DNA from: Bdellovibrionota bacterium | GTDB lineage: Bacteria > Bdellovibrionota_C > UBA2361 > JBIKUX01 | DNA: 64,000 bases | Assembly (NCBI GenBank): GCA_044347345.1 | Contig: JBIKUX010000010.1 | Span: 1 to 64,000, forward strand | Reading direction: 5' to 3' | In this document: positions 29,148-39,790 of the stretch, piece by piece | Layout of the letters: every line of letters starts with the position of its first letter | How positions within the stretch are numbered: position 1 is the first letter of the stretch | Notes under the pieces: model-generated | Seen by the model: only the letters and a program-made list of their open reading frames with translations | Database searches by the model: none | Told to the model about the DNA's origin: nothing | Made by a program: the position numbers and the translations under genes

Positions 29148-29657
29148 ATGATTTTAGCCGCAGTTATCCACCATTTAGCCTTTCTAGGAATTTTTGCGAT
29201 TATTGTTGCTCAGCATCTTTTTGTTAATCGGGCTTTAACTGCTGATGTAGTTAGATTATTGCGTAGAATTGATTCGGTTTATTTAATTCTTGCCGTATTA
29301 CTATTAGTGGTAGGATTTGGGAGGGTTTTTATATTTGAAAAGGGGTGGCAATATTACAAAGCCGTCTGGCCCTTCCACTTAAAGCTAACTCTTTATATCC
29401 TACTCGGATTGTTATCAGCTTATCCTTCTTTGCGATTTGCCCACTGGGGTCGTTTGGTCAATTCTGGACAGACTACTATCGAACCATCAAAAAAAGAGCG
29501 TGTATTAGTGAAAATGTGTCTTCGTTTAGAATTGTTGTTAATAGTGGGTATGGTTGTGTGCGCTGTGATGATGGCTCGAGGTTATTCTGGAAACTATTCT
29601 GCAGTATCGTCAGAGCCAACTAGTATTCAGAGTCCTATAACACCCTCTGGAGCATAG
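29148..29657 (+). CDS. DUF2214-family membrane protein (ORF open from 29112)
   Basis: HHL, D..Y, EKG..YY, F..KL......GLLS.YP, A.MMARG. Confidence 0.8.
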   Translation: MILAAVIHHLAFLGIFAIIVAQHLFVNRALTADVVRLLRRIDSVYLILAVLLLVVGFGRVFIFEKGWQYYKAVWPFHLKLTLYILLGLLSAYPSLRFAHWGRLVNSGQTTIEPSKKERVLVKMCLRLELLLIVGMVVCAVMMARGYSGNYSAVSSEPTSIQSPITPSGA

Positions 29658-29683
29658 TTTTAAATATGCTGGTGTAGTACAGG

Positions 29684-31657
29684 CTAATAAGGATAACCGT
29701 AAAAATCTAAATGATCCTTTAATTCTGATATACTACAAAGAATTTCTTGTACAGCACCGCTTGAGGCGAGAGCCTCCAGAACCATCAGATGCTCGCTTAA
29801 GGTGGGGATGCCAAGCGACTCCAGGCTATTTTGTAGTGAGAGAAGTAATTCACTCAGATCTTCCCATTCTTGTGCTTCGGCAAGTGTATTTAAGGTGGGA
29901 ATTGCTTTGTATACTTGTTCAAGAGCCTTTCTTTGGCAGTGTAAATCTACATTATTTGAACTTGGTTTATTAAATGAACTGGAATTATCGTGTAGTTTAT
30001 TGGCGCCTTTAATTCCTAAAAGGATTCCTTGACATATATTCAAAAGAAGGCTCAAAGAGTTTCTTGCCCAAGCTTCATCTTGGGCTCTTATAGCCTGTTC
30101 TAAGCTAGCTATAGCGCTATTGAAGGTTGATAGATTTAGTGTATTAATAGTTTGTGAGATGGCAATTTGATGTTGTTTGATTTCATCCCATTCAAGATTA
30201 TTTAAAAGAACATCGATTGTAGCCATTTCGTTTTGTAGTGTACTCAGGCTCTCTTCCAAATTAGTTGTGCCAGATGATTGGTAAGGTAGAGTTTGCTTTT
30301 CTGATATTTCGATAGAAGGTTTGCGAGTGATATGCCTTTTAAGTAGAGGTAGTAATTGATCCGCAGTTTTTTCGCGTGATACGCATGCTGTACAACCTGC
30401 ATCCTTGGTAGCTTTTAATAGTGCTGGAGATACATTTGGTGCTACAGCTATTATTGGCACTGTTATTCCAGCTTCCTTAGCTTGTCGCGCAAAGGCAGCC
30501 GCTGAAATATCTGGAAGAGATATACTTAGTACAACTACATTAAATTCGGAAGGATTTTTTTTAAGAGCTGATAAGCCCTCTTGACCGCCTGAAAGAAAAG
30601 TACTTGTAAAATCTCCATCTATTAATTGTCGCTCGTACAAGATGCGGTAGTCTTGTGAATAATCGACAAAAAGAACGTGAGCACTATCGGTCAATTCGCT
30701 TGGTTCATTGTTAATGATAACTTCATTTGCTCGAAATGAAAGTGCTACCGAGGTACCTTCTCCGATTTGGCTTTGTACTGTCACTACGCCGCCCATAGCT
30801 TCAGCTACTCGTCGAGCAAAACGCAACCCAAAACCTGCACCTACTGAGCTTCCAGAATCGACAGTATCGTATTCTGAAGATTTTCCTAAAATAGTCTCAA
30901 TCGACTCGGGATCTAAACCAGCTCCGTTATCGGATACTGTAAATGTAACACACCCGATCTCCGCACTAAATGAGGCGGAAAGTGTTACATATAGATTATT
31001 TTTGGTGTTTCTGACTGCTGTATCGAGAAAATTTCTAAGTATGTAGTTCACCCTCTGTTCGTCGAATGACACTATACGAGGGATATTACGCTCAACTTCC
31101 CAGCGAAATTGTATAGATCGATAATGAGGATGATGGGCATACGATTTATACAATCGACGTAAAAATGGTTTCAGCTCAACCTCTTGTGTCGTTGAACTAA
31201 ATTTCCCATCCAGTAACTTTTGAATATCAGAATATTCATCTAAAACTTGGCCGACTTCGCGAGAGCTTTCAATTAAAACATATAGCAAGTCTTTAGCCTC
31301 TAAAGGTATACCAGCTTGTTGTTCAAGTGCGGTTCCTAGACCAATTAACTGAGTTATAGGGCTTGAAAGTTTTTCTAAAAATATATGATGAAAGTATCGA
31401 TGTTCTATAGTCCTGAGTTCAGGACAGTTTGTAATTTGAGCGGATAATTCAGATTTATTTGAATTTATTGACTTATTGAAATTAGTTGTATCAGAAGCTA
31501 AATTACTGTGTGAGTTACTCGTCGCTTTATTAATAGCCCGCTCAATTAATTTTATTAGGCCGCGCATGCTATTAGCTACGCTCTTAAAGGTATTATCTAA
31601 TTCTGTTTTTTTTAGTAGAGATGAACTCCGTGAAGGATTGGGAGAAGATTTATCCAT
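29684..31657 (-). CDS. Degenerate hybrid histidine kinase (HisKA-HATPase-REC-2xHPt-like)
   Basis: VSDNGAGL and GAGFGL..ARR....MGG...V.S..GEGT, followed by a receiver fold and two HPt-like helical repeats. Confidence 0.8.
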   Translation of the reverse strand: MDKSSPNPSRSSSLLKKTELDNTFKSVANSMRGLIKLIERAINKATSNSHSNLASDTTNFNKSINSNKSELSAQITNCPELRTIEHRYFHHIFLEKLSSPITQLIGLGTALEQQAGIPLEAKDLLYVLIESSREVGQVLDEYSDIQKLLDGKFSSTTQEVELKPFLRRLYKSYAHHPHYRSIQFRWEVERNIPRIVSFDEQRVNYILRNFLDTAVRNTKNNLYVTLSASFSAEIGCVTFTVSDNGAGLDPESIETILGKSSEYDTVDSGSSVGAGFGLRFARRVAEAMGGVVTVQSQIGEGTSVALSFRANEVIINNEPSELTDSAHVLFVDYSQDYRILYERQLIDGDFTSTFLSGGQEGLSALKKNPSEFNVVVLSISLPDISAAAFARQAKEAGITVPIIAVAPNVSPALLKATKDAGCTACVSREKTADQLLPLLKRHITRKPSIEISEKQTLPYQSSGTTNLEESLSTLQNEMATIDVLLNNLEWDEIKQHQIAISQTINTLNLSTFNSAIASLEQAIRAQDEAWARNSLSLLLNICQGILLGIKGANKLHDNSSSFNKPSSNNVDLHCQRKALEQVYKAIPTLNTLAEAQEWEDLSELLLSLQNSLESLGIPTLSEHLMVLEALASSGAVQEILCSISELKDHLDFYGYPY

Positions 31658-31815
31658 AGCAAATAAAAACTTGTTTAAAAGAAAATATGTGATCTAAATG
31701 ACTAAATTAGTAAAATTATAACCGCTCGTTCATTCAACTCATTAGATGATGGGAGGCTGATGATAGGAGGCTTGAGTGGGTAGGTGAATCGAAAAATTTA
31801 TCTTTATAAAAAAGT

Positions 31816-32481
31816 TTAACGACAGTTGATAGCTCGCCAACACGTCTCAGCTAACTCTTCCGAAACTTTTCGTGGTGGAGCGTTATTGTATCCATCGAGC
31901 CAATCTCGGATATAGGCAAGAGGTAGACCAAACACTATTGTCCAAATTAAAGGAGCTTTAATAGGACGTATACGTTTATTTTTAATAGCTTTCTTTATGG
32001 ATTGTGCTAATTTTCGTCCTAAAGGATCAAACCCAACCATAGTTGGATGTTTAATTATGCCACTCATAAATTCATTATGGCGGCATAACCACAAATATCT
32101 TGATAACTGATGATTAATTTCCGAGAATTCAAGAAAACTTTGAACCAGTATCTTAATTATTTGCTCTATGTCTTCTTCATGTTCGATAGCTCCAAACAGA
32201 GCAGATCTAAAGGCACTAAGCCCCTCTTGATACAAAGCTTTTGCAACTTCTTCTTTGTTTTTAAAAGTATGGTAAATTGAACCAACACTACATTTACTTT
32301 CTCTACTAAGGTCAGGAACATTGGTATTAAAATACCCTTGGTCAACGAAAAGTTTAAGAGCAGCAGCTAAGATTCGTTCTCTTGGTTTAAATGAAGAAAA
32401 ATCGATTGATTCTTTATTTTTTGCATGCTGAGTGGGGGATTTATCAAGCCTCATTATCCCTGTGCTGTGTCTAATGCTCAT
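31816..32481 (-). CDS. TetR/AcrR family transcriptional regulator
   Basis: RERIL.AAL.LF...GY..T......S.GSIY.TFKNKEE. Confidence 0.92.
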   Translation of the reverse strand: MSIRHSTGIMRLDKSPTQHAKNKESIDFSSFKPRERILAAALKLFVDQGYFNTNVPDLSRESKCSVGSIYHTFKNKEEVAKALYQEGLSAFRSALFGAIEHEEDIEQIIKILVQSFLEFSEINHQLSRYLWLCRHNEFMSGIIKHPTMVGFDPLGRKLAQSIKKAIKNKRIRPIKAPLIWTIVFGLPLAYIRDWLDGYNNAPPRKVSEELAETCWRAINCR

Positions 32482-32549
32482 TTTACAAATCGATCTTTCT
32501 TAAAAATTAAAAATCTCCGGGACATTGTTGGCACAAATACCTACTACTT

Positions 32550-33185
32550 CTATACTGAAATAAGTCCCTGAGATATTGCAAGCTTAACAAGTTCAGCATT
32601 AGTATTAAGATTTAGTTTTTTAAGGATGTTACTACGATGAGTATCCACAGTTCTAGTACTGATATGAAGCATTCTGCCGATTTGTCTGTTGGGTTTTCCG
32701 TCAGCTAGATGCTTTAGAATTTCAACCTCTCTTTTAGTTAGAACGCTTAAGGGGTTATCGCCAGCATCACCAACCGATGAACTCATAAGATGGTCGGTCA
32801 CAGAGGGACTTAAATAGGTACGCCCTTGTAGAATGGAGTCAATAGCAAATTGTAGTTCTTCCATACCGACGTTTTTCGGTAAAAATCCTCTTGCTCCCGC
32901 TTTTAAGGCAGCCTTAACATTGTTACGGCCGTCGTCGGCGGATAATATGAGCACTGGAGCTACAAAGCCTTTAGCCGCCATTTTTTCCAGAGTTTCTATG
33001 CCGCCAAGTTTCGGCATGGATACATCCATAATAATGACATCAGGGAGGTTAGAGTCTAAAATTTTTAACAACTCTTCGCCGTCTGATGCCTGAGCTACTA
33101 CTCTGTACCCATCTTTTTTTTCTAGCATTTCACACAGCGCAAGTCGTAGCACCTCGTGATCATCTGCCACCACTAGCCTAATCAT
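32550..33185 (-). CDS. NarL/LuxR family response regulator
   Basis: ADDH, MDVSMP, LPK; LTKRE.EIL, IS.RTV.THR.NI..KL. Confidence 0.95.
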   Translation of the reverse strand: MIRLVVADDHEVLRLALCEMLEKKDGYRVVAQASDGEELLKILDSNLPDVIIMDVSMPKLGGIETLEKMAAKGFVAPVLILSADDGRNNVKAALKAGARGFLPKNVGMEELQFAIDSILQGRTYLSPSVTDHLMSSSVGDAGDNPLSVLTKREVEILKHLADGKPNRQIGRMLHISTRTVDTHRSNILKKLNLNTNAELVKLAISQGLISV

Positions 33186-33404
33186 ACATTGAATCTCCTA
33201 CTGAGCTATCGTATTCGCGAGCTATGTTACTTTTCCTTAGTAGTCTATTTGAGACGAGAAAAAGCCTGTAGCAAAGGGAATATTATCAAAGCGATTTTTT
33301 TCCCCCGATTGAATACTAGTTCGTCGCTCTACGAGGTATTCTTAAGCATTAAATTAGTACATTAGTGAAATTCTAGTAGAAATACTCATAGTGACACTCA
33401 GTAT

Positions 33405-36400
33405 TTATTCTAAATCTAGTACAAACCGTTGAATTCGCTTGGAAAGTACCAGAAAAGCTACTGGTGAGGCATTACCCCCTCGTAATAACTCTTGTGCTGA
33501 GCCGAGTAGTTCGTCATACCCTTGCATAGCTGAAACCTTTGCTCCCACTTCTTCTACGGAGTGAAGACCTTTGCCGATAAACTGAATGGTAAGAGACGAG
33601 AGGCTCCGATCCAGCTCATGAGCGGCTATTCCTAGTCCTTGCTGTTCCCACTTTGATCTACCCGGAACTCTCTTAATCTGGTCGACTAAGTCGCTAATAG
33701 CTAATTTCTGATCTATCGCAAAACGAATTGGCGCTACTATGGTGCTATCATAATGAGATCTATTTTGGCACCAGGCTTGTTCTAAGAGAAGCCTTACCCA
33801 CGGTAAAAGACTGAGCCGTTGCTTTACCTCGCTGGAGAATGAGGAGTAGTTCGCAGACTGCAATCTATTCTCGAACGTAGGAAAATCTCTAGCAGAGATA
33901 CAAATATTTGGATTTTCATAAAAAAAGAAGAATGTATTCTGATATAGCTCAACTATACCACGAATAGAAAGATGCGAACCGTGAACTGCAATTAGCCACT
34001 GTGCGGTGTGTCGTACAGCATCGGCAAGCTCTCTGCGTAATAGAATATAATCGTTATTGTGCTCAGGTGCATCCAATATTCGAGCTTTACTCCTTAATTC
34101 TCTCGATTGTAGAAGCTCTTCAGCAGCTATCGCACATTTAATTACGGTAACAGGCGAAACTCCATGAGCTAAACACATTCGATGTACGAAGGAAATTCCC
34201 GTTGAATCGACGATTGAATTTGTTAACTCGGTAGCAATTAAGTGTTCCTTCAACGGATGACGCGTTAAGGATTTACCTAGTTCGGATTGAAGCTTTTGGG
34301 GGAAGTATTGAATTAAATATGATTCAACCAGAGGTTCAGACGGTAAATCGCTGGTAAGAATAGTTTCTTTAATCCACATCTTTACTCCAGCTAGAAGCAT
34401 GGCTAGTTCTGGACGAACGAGTCCTTCCCCTTTTGAAGCTCGCTCAGTAAGGTCATCGTCATCAGGAAGAACATCGAGAGTTCGATTTATGTATCCTCTA
34501 CGAGTTAATTCTCGAATTAAGCTATTAAAATAGTTTACTGTTATGCCTGACCGGTGTTCAGCGATAGTGAGCAGGGTTGCATGATTATGGTTCAGTGATA
34601 ACACTTGTTCAACTATTTCATCATCTATTTCAAATAGAAGAGCATCACGTCGGTCTGGAGTAAGTAAGCCTTCTGAGATGAGGTTATCAAAAAGAATTTT
34701 TAAATTTACTTCACGGTCAGAAAGCGCTACACCAGCTGAGTTATCAATCGCATCAGTATTAAGCCGGATACCCCTTTCGGCACACTCTACTCTTGCTTTT
34801 TGAGTTAAGCCAAGATTGCCTCCTTCACCTACTACCTTCGCTTTTAACTCACTTGCATCTACACGAACTCTGTCATTCACTCCGTCATTTACTTCAGAAT
34901 TAGCTTCACTAGAAGATTTAATGTAGGTTCCGATACCTCCATTCCATAAAAGATCGCATGGAGCTTTTAGGATTAGATTTATAAGTTCTTCCCCATTGAC
35001 TGTTTGAGGCACTGATGGGGCGATATCAAAACGCTCTCTAATATTTGGATGAAGTAAAATGGCTTTATCTGCTCGATTGAAAACACCACCTCCTTCGCTG
35101 ATTAGCGATGTATTATAGTCGGACCATTGTGACCGGTGAATATTAAACAATCGGCTGCGTTCAGAGAAAGATTGTTTAGGATCTGGATTAGGATCAATAA
35201 AAATATGACGATGATTAAATGCGGCTATCAGCTGGATATTGTCACTTAAAAGCATGCCATTTCCAAAAACATCGCCAGACATATCACCGATACCGACAAC
35301 AGTGAATGAAGATGTGGTATAACAAATGCCTAAGTCATGAAAGTGACGCTTTACGCATTCCCAAGTTCCACGAGCAGTAATTCCATATTTTTTATGATCG
35401 TAGCCATTGCTACCACCTGAAGCAAAAGCATCTCCAAGCCAAAAGTGATATTCTTTTGCCGCTATTTCGTTAGCGATATCGCTAAAAGTTGCCGTTCCTT
35501 TATCTGCGGCTACTACAAAGTATGGATCTGCTGGATCGTATGTAAGCACGTATGGAGGATGAATAATATCATCACCTTTACGGTTATCGGTGAGTGATAG
35601 TAAAGACCGTATGAAAGCTCTATAAGCTTGTTCAACAGCTCTGGGTATGCGAGAGGAATCAGTTGGTAGGTGTCTTACTATGAAGCCACCTTTAGCTCCA
35701 GTTGGTACAATGAGTACATTTTTTACCTTTTGAGTTTTCATAAGACCGAGTACTTCAGTGCGAAAGTCTTCTGGACGTTCACTCCATCTAAGTCCTCCTC
35801 GGGCCACTTTACCTGCGCGCAGATGTATACCCTCAACTTCTCTACCATAAACAAAAATTTCATAACGTGGTCTTGGGAGAGGAAGAATCTCTAAATCTTC
35901 TGATTTAAGCTTCATAGCTAAAGGCAGAGTGACGAGGTCACTAGTCGCAGGATTAAAGAAGTTCACCCTAATCGTCGCCCGAAGTAGAGCTAGCAAAGAG
36001 CGAAGGATTCTATCTTGGGTGATATCTTTTACAGCTTTCAGCTTTTCGAATACGGCCTGCTCAATCCCCTGGGTGAGAGTGATTCGAGCGTCGAGACATA
36101 GATCTTTTGCCGGATCAAATTTAGTTTCAATATACTCCCATAAGAGGTGAGCTATTTCAGGTTGTGATGCAAGAGATTCTAGTAAAACGCCCTTTGAGGC
36201 TACTTTTTGTACTTGCCATAAAAGTGCGGTAAACGCTCTTAAAATTTCAATACTTCTTTCAGATAATACTGTTGAAAGAAGAAGACTATTTAGAATATCG
36301 TTTTCAACATTACGCAAAAATATCTGTCTTATACCGCTTGTAATTCTTGGATTATTAAAACACGAAAGGTCTACGGTATTCGGAAGACTCTCATCTATGA

Positions 36401-38531
36401 TACACAACTGACTTTCTTTAGCGTTCAGTAATAAGTAGTTTACAAATAATGTTTTTGCTTTTGGTCGTTCAACCTCAAAAGTACTGCTTGAAAGTACCTC
36501 GAATCCCAAGTGCTCTATAATAGGGATAGACCTACTCAGTGTAACTTCCTTGCCGAGACCTAATACAACAAGGGCAAGCCCGTTATCATCAGAAAAATAG
36601 GCAGTAATGTCTTGAGATTCTGTTAGCTCTGCCGCTTTTCTTAATAATTGTAGAGCGTCATTAGGGCTAAAGCGTACTCTGTATTCTACCGGAAAATGTG
36701 TTAATCTCCATTCATTGGGTACTTCAGCTAGACTGTTACTTCCGATTAATTGGCAAAGAGCGTCATCCCAGCTCTGACCAAGGCGCTCAATTTGAGTTGT
36801 GAGAAGTGGAATATCCACATCCGCTCTTGTAATTTCATCACGCTCATTTGCTTTTGCTTCAGTCAAAAAAGGAAGAAAAAAGTATAGCCTAGTTTGAGGT
36901 TGAGAACTGAAATCAAAACTAAATTCACTTGTTCCCTTTGCTACACCATAAGATTCTTCTAGTAATCCCTGAAGAGTATCAAGGTACTCCCGATTAAATT
37001 TGTCTCTGGATAAAAGAATACATAATGATACTCCACGTCCGTTTCTTTCCTCATAGGCCGTGAGGTGCACTGTGTTCTTGTGATAAACCTTGACTTCATT
37101 TGTTACAATTTTTTTCAAAATTGCTGTAGGTAATCTAAGAGCGAAGTCTTTTGGCATTCGGTTGAGAGTCTCAACCACATAGGTATAATCGTATGAGTTA
37201 TCAAAGAGACGTTCTTCCTCGATAAGCTCCCTCAGCTTCACTCGTAACATGGGGATATCACGACATTCGTCTCGAGTTACTTTTGATGAAAAAAGGCCAC
37301 ATATAGATAGAAGGGTATTGCCTCTAGTTTGGTTATCATTGTTAGTTGATTCATCTGGGATAGAAAGAACAAAGTGAGTGATGTACTGACGACGCAAAAT
37401 ACGACTACGACATGTCAGTTTGGTGATGGTACTTTCTAGTCCAGCTTTTACCATTTTTTCCACATCTTCTCGAACTTGAGAAGTGATTGATGTGGCATTT
37501 GGTTCCTTCAGTAGTCCAAGTGGTGTACGTGGAATTGCTACTCCTTTTTCTATTTTCTCTACATCCCATGTGCAAAGGCCTAAAAAGATGAATGACTCGT
37601 CGAGGAGCCATCTAATGAGCTGTCCTTGTTCTAAGGCTGAATCTATAATGCGAGTGGGAGAATACGGTGCTCGTTCGCATATTGATGCTGCTTTATCGAG
37701 CCTAAAAATCATTGGTGAGAAATCTTCGGTCACTTTATAAAGACTCTCAAGACTGTCTGTCAGCTCTTGATAAATTTTTTCAGAGGAAATTGCATGAGAA
37801 GTTTTTTCGACCTCAACATATAGAAGTGAAATTTTCTCTCGACGTATAACGAATATTGGATGTAGTAGCAGTGACACTTGTAAGTCTAACGCAGATAAAG
37901 TTTCTGCAACTGTAGAAACGATAAACGGACGGTCGCGCTGAATAAGGGTAAAAACAAGATTTTTATTTGAGTAAATTGAAGCTTGATCTACAGAGGCACC
38001 TTCTATTGAAGTTTCTGGAACAGGCACTATTTTATTATCATTTTTTGAGTCGGACGTGTACTCATTCTGTAAATCCCATTTGGATGGAATTACTAAGTGG
38101 TATGGTTGGCCTAAACGGTTAACGATAAAATCAGCTAATTGCTTCCATAAAGTTATAGCTAGTTGAACAATCTCGTTACTACTTCTAACTATCTTTTCTT
38201 GACCTGAGAGATGACCAAGTACCTCACGAATAAAATCAGTAGGTGGTAGTAATTGCTGATCTACGTCATCAAGATTACCGATTCCCTTGATAAAGGAGCT
38301 TTCTATTTCACTCTGAGAAAATTTTAAATTGTTTTGAGTTATGGGAGACGAAACTGTACCTGTTACTGGAATCGGTGTTACTGCTGAAGGCAGTTTTACC
38401 GGGGATAAAGATTTATTGTTGCGCTGTTTTTGCTGATTTCCTTCCAATTTTGTATTCCCCCCTACAATTATACTAATTGAGTTAAAATTAAAGTCTTTGG
38501 TAACTACATATCGTTTGTTCTTTTTAAACAA
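33405..38531 (-). CDS. gdhB: Large NAD-specific glutamate dehydrogenase (start uncertain)
   Basis: VARGGLRWS.R.EDFRTEVLGL, VAADKGTATFSD, GYDHK, GIGDMSGDVFGNG, EGGNLG, DAIDNS.GV. Confidence 0.93.
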   Translation of the reverse strand: MFKKNKRYVVTKDFNFNSISIIVGGNTKLEGNQQKQRNNKSLSPVKLPSAVTPIPVTGTVSSPITQNNLKFSQSEIESSFIKGIGNLDDVDQQLLPPTDFIREVLGHLSGQEKIVRSSNEIVQLAITLWKQLADFIVNRLGQPYHLVIPSKWDLQNEYTSDSKNDNKIVPVPETSIEGASVDQASIYSNKNLVFTLIQRDRPFIVSTVAETLSALDLQVSLLLHPIFVIRREKISLLYVEVEKTSHAISSEKIYQELTDSLESLYKVTEDFSPMIFRLDKAASICERAPYSPTRIIDSALEQGQLIRWLLDESFIFLGLCTWDVEKIEKGVAIPRTPLGLLKEPNATSITSQVREDVEKMVKAGLESTITKLTCRSRILRRQYITHFVLSIPDESTNNDNQTRGNTLLSICGLFSSKVTRDECRDIPMLRVKLRELIEEERLFDNSYDYTYVVETLNRMPKDFALRLPTAILKKIVTNEVKVYHKNTVHLTAYEERNGRGVSLCILLSRDKFNREYLDTLQGLLEESYGVAKGTSEFSFDFSSQPQTRLYFFLPFLTEAKANERDEITRADVDIPLLTTQIERLGQSWDDALCQLIGSNSLAEVPNEWRLTHFPVEYRVRFSPNDALQLLRKAAELTESQDITAYFSDDNGLALVVLGLGKEVTLSRSIPIIEHLGFEVLSSSTFEVERPKAKTLFVNYLLLNAKESQLCIIDESLPNTVDLSCFNNPRITSGIRQIFLRNVENDILNSLLLSTVLSERSIEILRAFTALLWQVQKVASKGVLLESLASQPEIAHLLWEYIETKFDPAKDLCLDARITLTQGIEQAVFEKLKAVKDITQDRILRSLLALLRATIRVNFFNPATSDLVTLPLAMKLKSEDLEILPLPRPRYEIFVYGREVEGIHLRAGKVARGGLRWSERPEDFRTEVLGLMKTQKVKNVLIVPTGAKGGFIVRHLPTDSSRIPRAVEQAYRAFIRSLLSLTDNRKGDDIIHPPYVLTYDPADPYFVVAADKGTATFSDIANEIAAKEYHFWLGDAFASGGSNGYDHKKYGITARGTWECVKRHFHDLGICYTTSSFTVVGIGDMSGDVFGNGMLLSDNIQLIAAFNHRHIFIDPNPDPKQSFSERSRLFNIHRSQWSDYNTSLISEGGGVFNRADKAILLHPNIRERFDIAPSVPQTVNGEELINLILKAPCDLLWNGGIGTYIKSSSEANSEVNDGVNDRVRVDASELKAKVVGEGGNLGLTQKARVECAERGIRLNTDAIDNSAGVALSDREVNLKILFDNLISEGLLTPDRRDALLFEIDDEIVEQVLSLNHNHATLLTIAEHRSGITVNYFNSLIRELTRRGYINRTLDVLPDDDDLTERASKGEGLVRPELAMLLAGVKMWIKETILTSDLPSEPLVESYLIQYFPQKLQSELGKSLTRHPLKEHLIATELTNSIVDSTGISFVHRMCLAHGVSPVTVIKCAIAAEELLQSRELRSKARILDAPEHNNDYILLRRELADAVRHTAQWLIAVHGSHLSIRGIVELYQNTFFFFYENPNICISARDFPTFENRLQSANYSSFSSEVKQRLSLLPWVRLLLEQAWCQNRSHYDSTIVAPIRFAIDQKLAISDLVDQIKRVPGRSKWEQQGLGIAAHELDRSLSSLTIQFIGKGLHSVEEVGAKVSAMQGYDELLGSAQELLRGGNASPVAFLVLSKRIQRFVLDLE

Positions 38532-38707
38532 GAACTTTGAGAATTTTTCATGCGAAGTTATAATTGGATAATCTCATGCAAAAAAGAGTTTAAACAAATT
38601 AAGAGGATACGATAAGTCGGTGAACAGCATAAGTGTCCATACATTATAAGACTTATTTACTTTAGTGAATAAGTCCTAGAAATAAAATATTAAGTGAAAG
38701 AAGTTTT

Positions 38708-39355
38708 TTACCAGTACTCAGAAGCTAGTTTTTTTAAGTTTAACTTAACTAAGTTTTGTGCTAGCTCAGCGATTGTAACGGAATTAAGCTCAGGGAGTAT
38801 AGGAACTCGAGCGATAATCGGCACAGATGACAATTTTAAAACAATACTCTCGGTCTCAGGTAGTAATTCCTCACCATTAAAAATAATTCCAATAAGGGGT
38901 AATCCAGCATTTTTAAGGTATTCTATACTAAGAAGTGTATGATTAATGCTACCAAGATAGTGATTAGCAACTAAAATTATCGGAAAACAAAGTTTACGGA
39001 TTAAATCAATATTGGTTTTTTCGTCATTTAAAGGAACTAAAATACCTCCGGCGAGTTCAACTATCAGTACTTTATCAGTTACTGGTGTGATAATTGCGTC
39101 AAGTGTAATTTTTACATTCACTAGTTTTGCCGCAGCGTGGGGCGATAGGCTGTGGGCAAATGTATAGGACGAAGGGTGTATTCGACTCTCTCCTTTTTTG
39201 ATGAGGCTCCTAACAGTGTCTGAATCTGGAGGGCTATCTTGTGTGCCACTTTGAACAGGTTTCCAATAATCTCCAGTTAATGCTTGGCAAAGAGCCGCTG
39301 ATATCACCGTTTTACCAACATCCGTACCTATCCCGCTGACAATTAAACCTTTCAT
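38708..39355 (-). CDS. bioD: Dethiobiotin synthase (ORF open from 39424)
   Basis: GIGTDVGKT, WKPVQSG, SPH.AA, E.AGG..VP, YLGSINHTLL. Confidence 0.93.
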   Translation of the reverse strand: MKGLIVSGIGTDVGKTVISAALCQALTGDYWKPVQSGTQDSPPDSDTVRSLIKKGESRIHPSSYTFAHSLSPHAAAKLVNVKITLDAIITPVTDKVLIVELAGGILVPLNDEKTNIDLIRKLCFPIILVANHYLGSINHTLLSIEYLKNAGLPLIGIIFNGEELLPETESIVLKLSSVPIIARVPILPELNSVTIAELAQNLVKLNLKKLASEYW

Positions 39356-39642
39356 TTTTACCTCTGATGCCGTTATTTCATCCGAATTGCTTTTTATTTG
39401 CAGTTTACAGGAATTACAATCCAAGGGGATAATTATAGTATCCCTTACAGCGGTATAAATATTTAATAAAAAACTTGGCTCCCGCCTTCGGCAGGTCTTG
39501 GTACCAACTTAAGAAAAAAATGCGTCTTCGCACAAAAATGTGCTTTTTTTAGAATAACAAATCTAATTCTGACAAAAAGCTGACTCAAAAAAAATAAGGA
39601 CTTGGAAGGTTTTGCCATATTACGGCGCATAATGCCTTACTA

Positions 39643-39657
39643 TGGAACGAAGCTTGC
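39643..39657 (+). promoter_or_regulatory. Sigma54 (-24/-12) promoter
   Basis: TGGAACGAAGCTTGC has exact GG-N10-GC spacing and lies upstream of the sigma54 activator cluster. Confidence 0.65.
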
Positions 39658-39790
39658 CTCCTTAAGATTGACTGAACAAGACAAAAACTGCCCCTTGTGA
39701 GGTGAAATGTTGTCACTGTTTTTTGATTGCTCAAAAGCAAAGAGTAATAGCTTCTAAAGCTATAGTGTTGATAGTTTTTGAACAGGTTTT

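Noticed and set aside
39476-39500. CCCGCCTTCGGCAGG hairpin, similar to GCCTCGGTAGGCGGG near 29063-29077, as a REP family
   Set aside because: Short and imperfect with only two loose copies; cannot be distinguished from terminators or chance.
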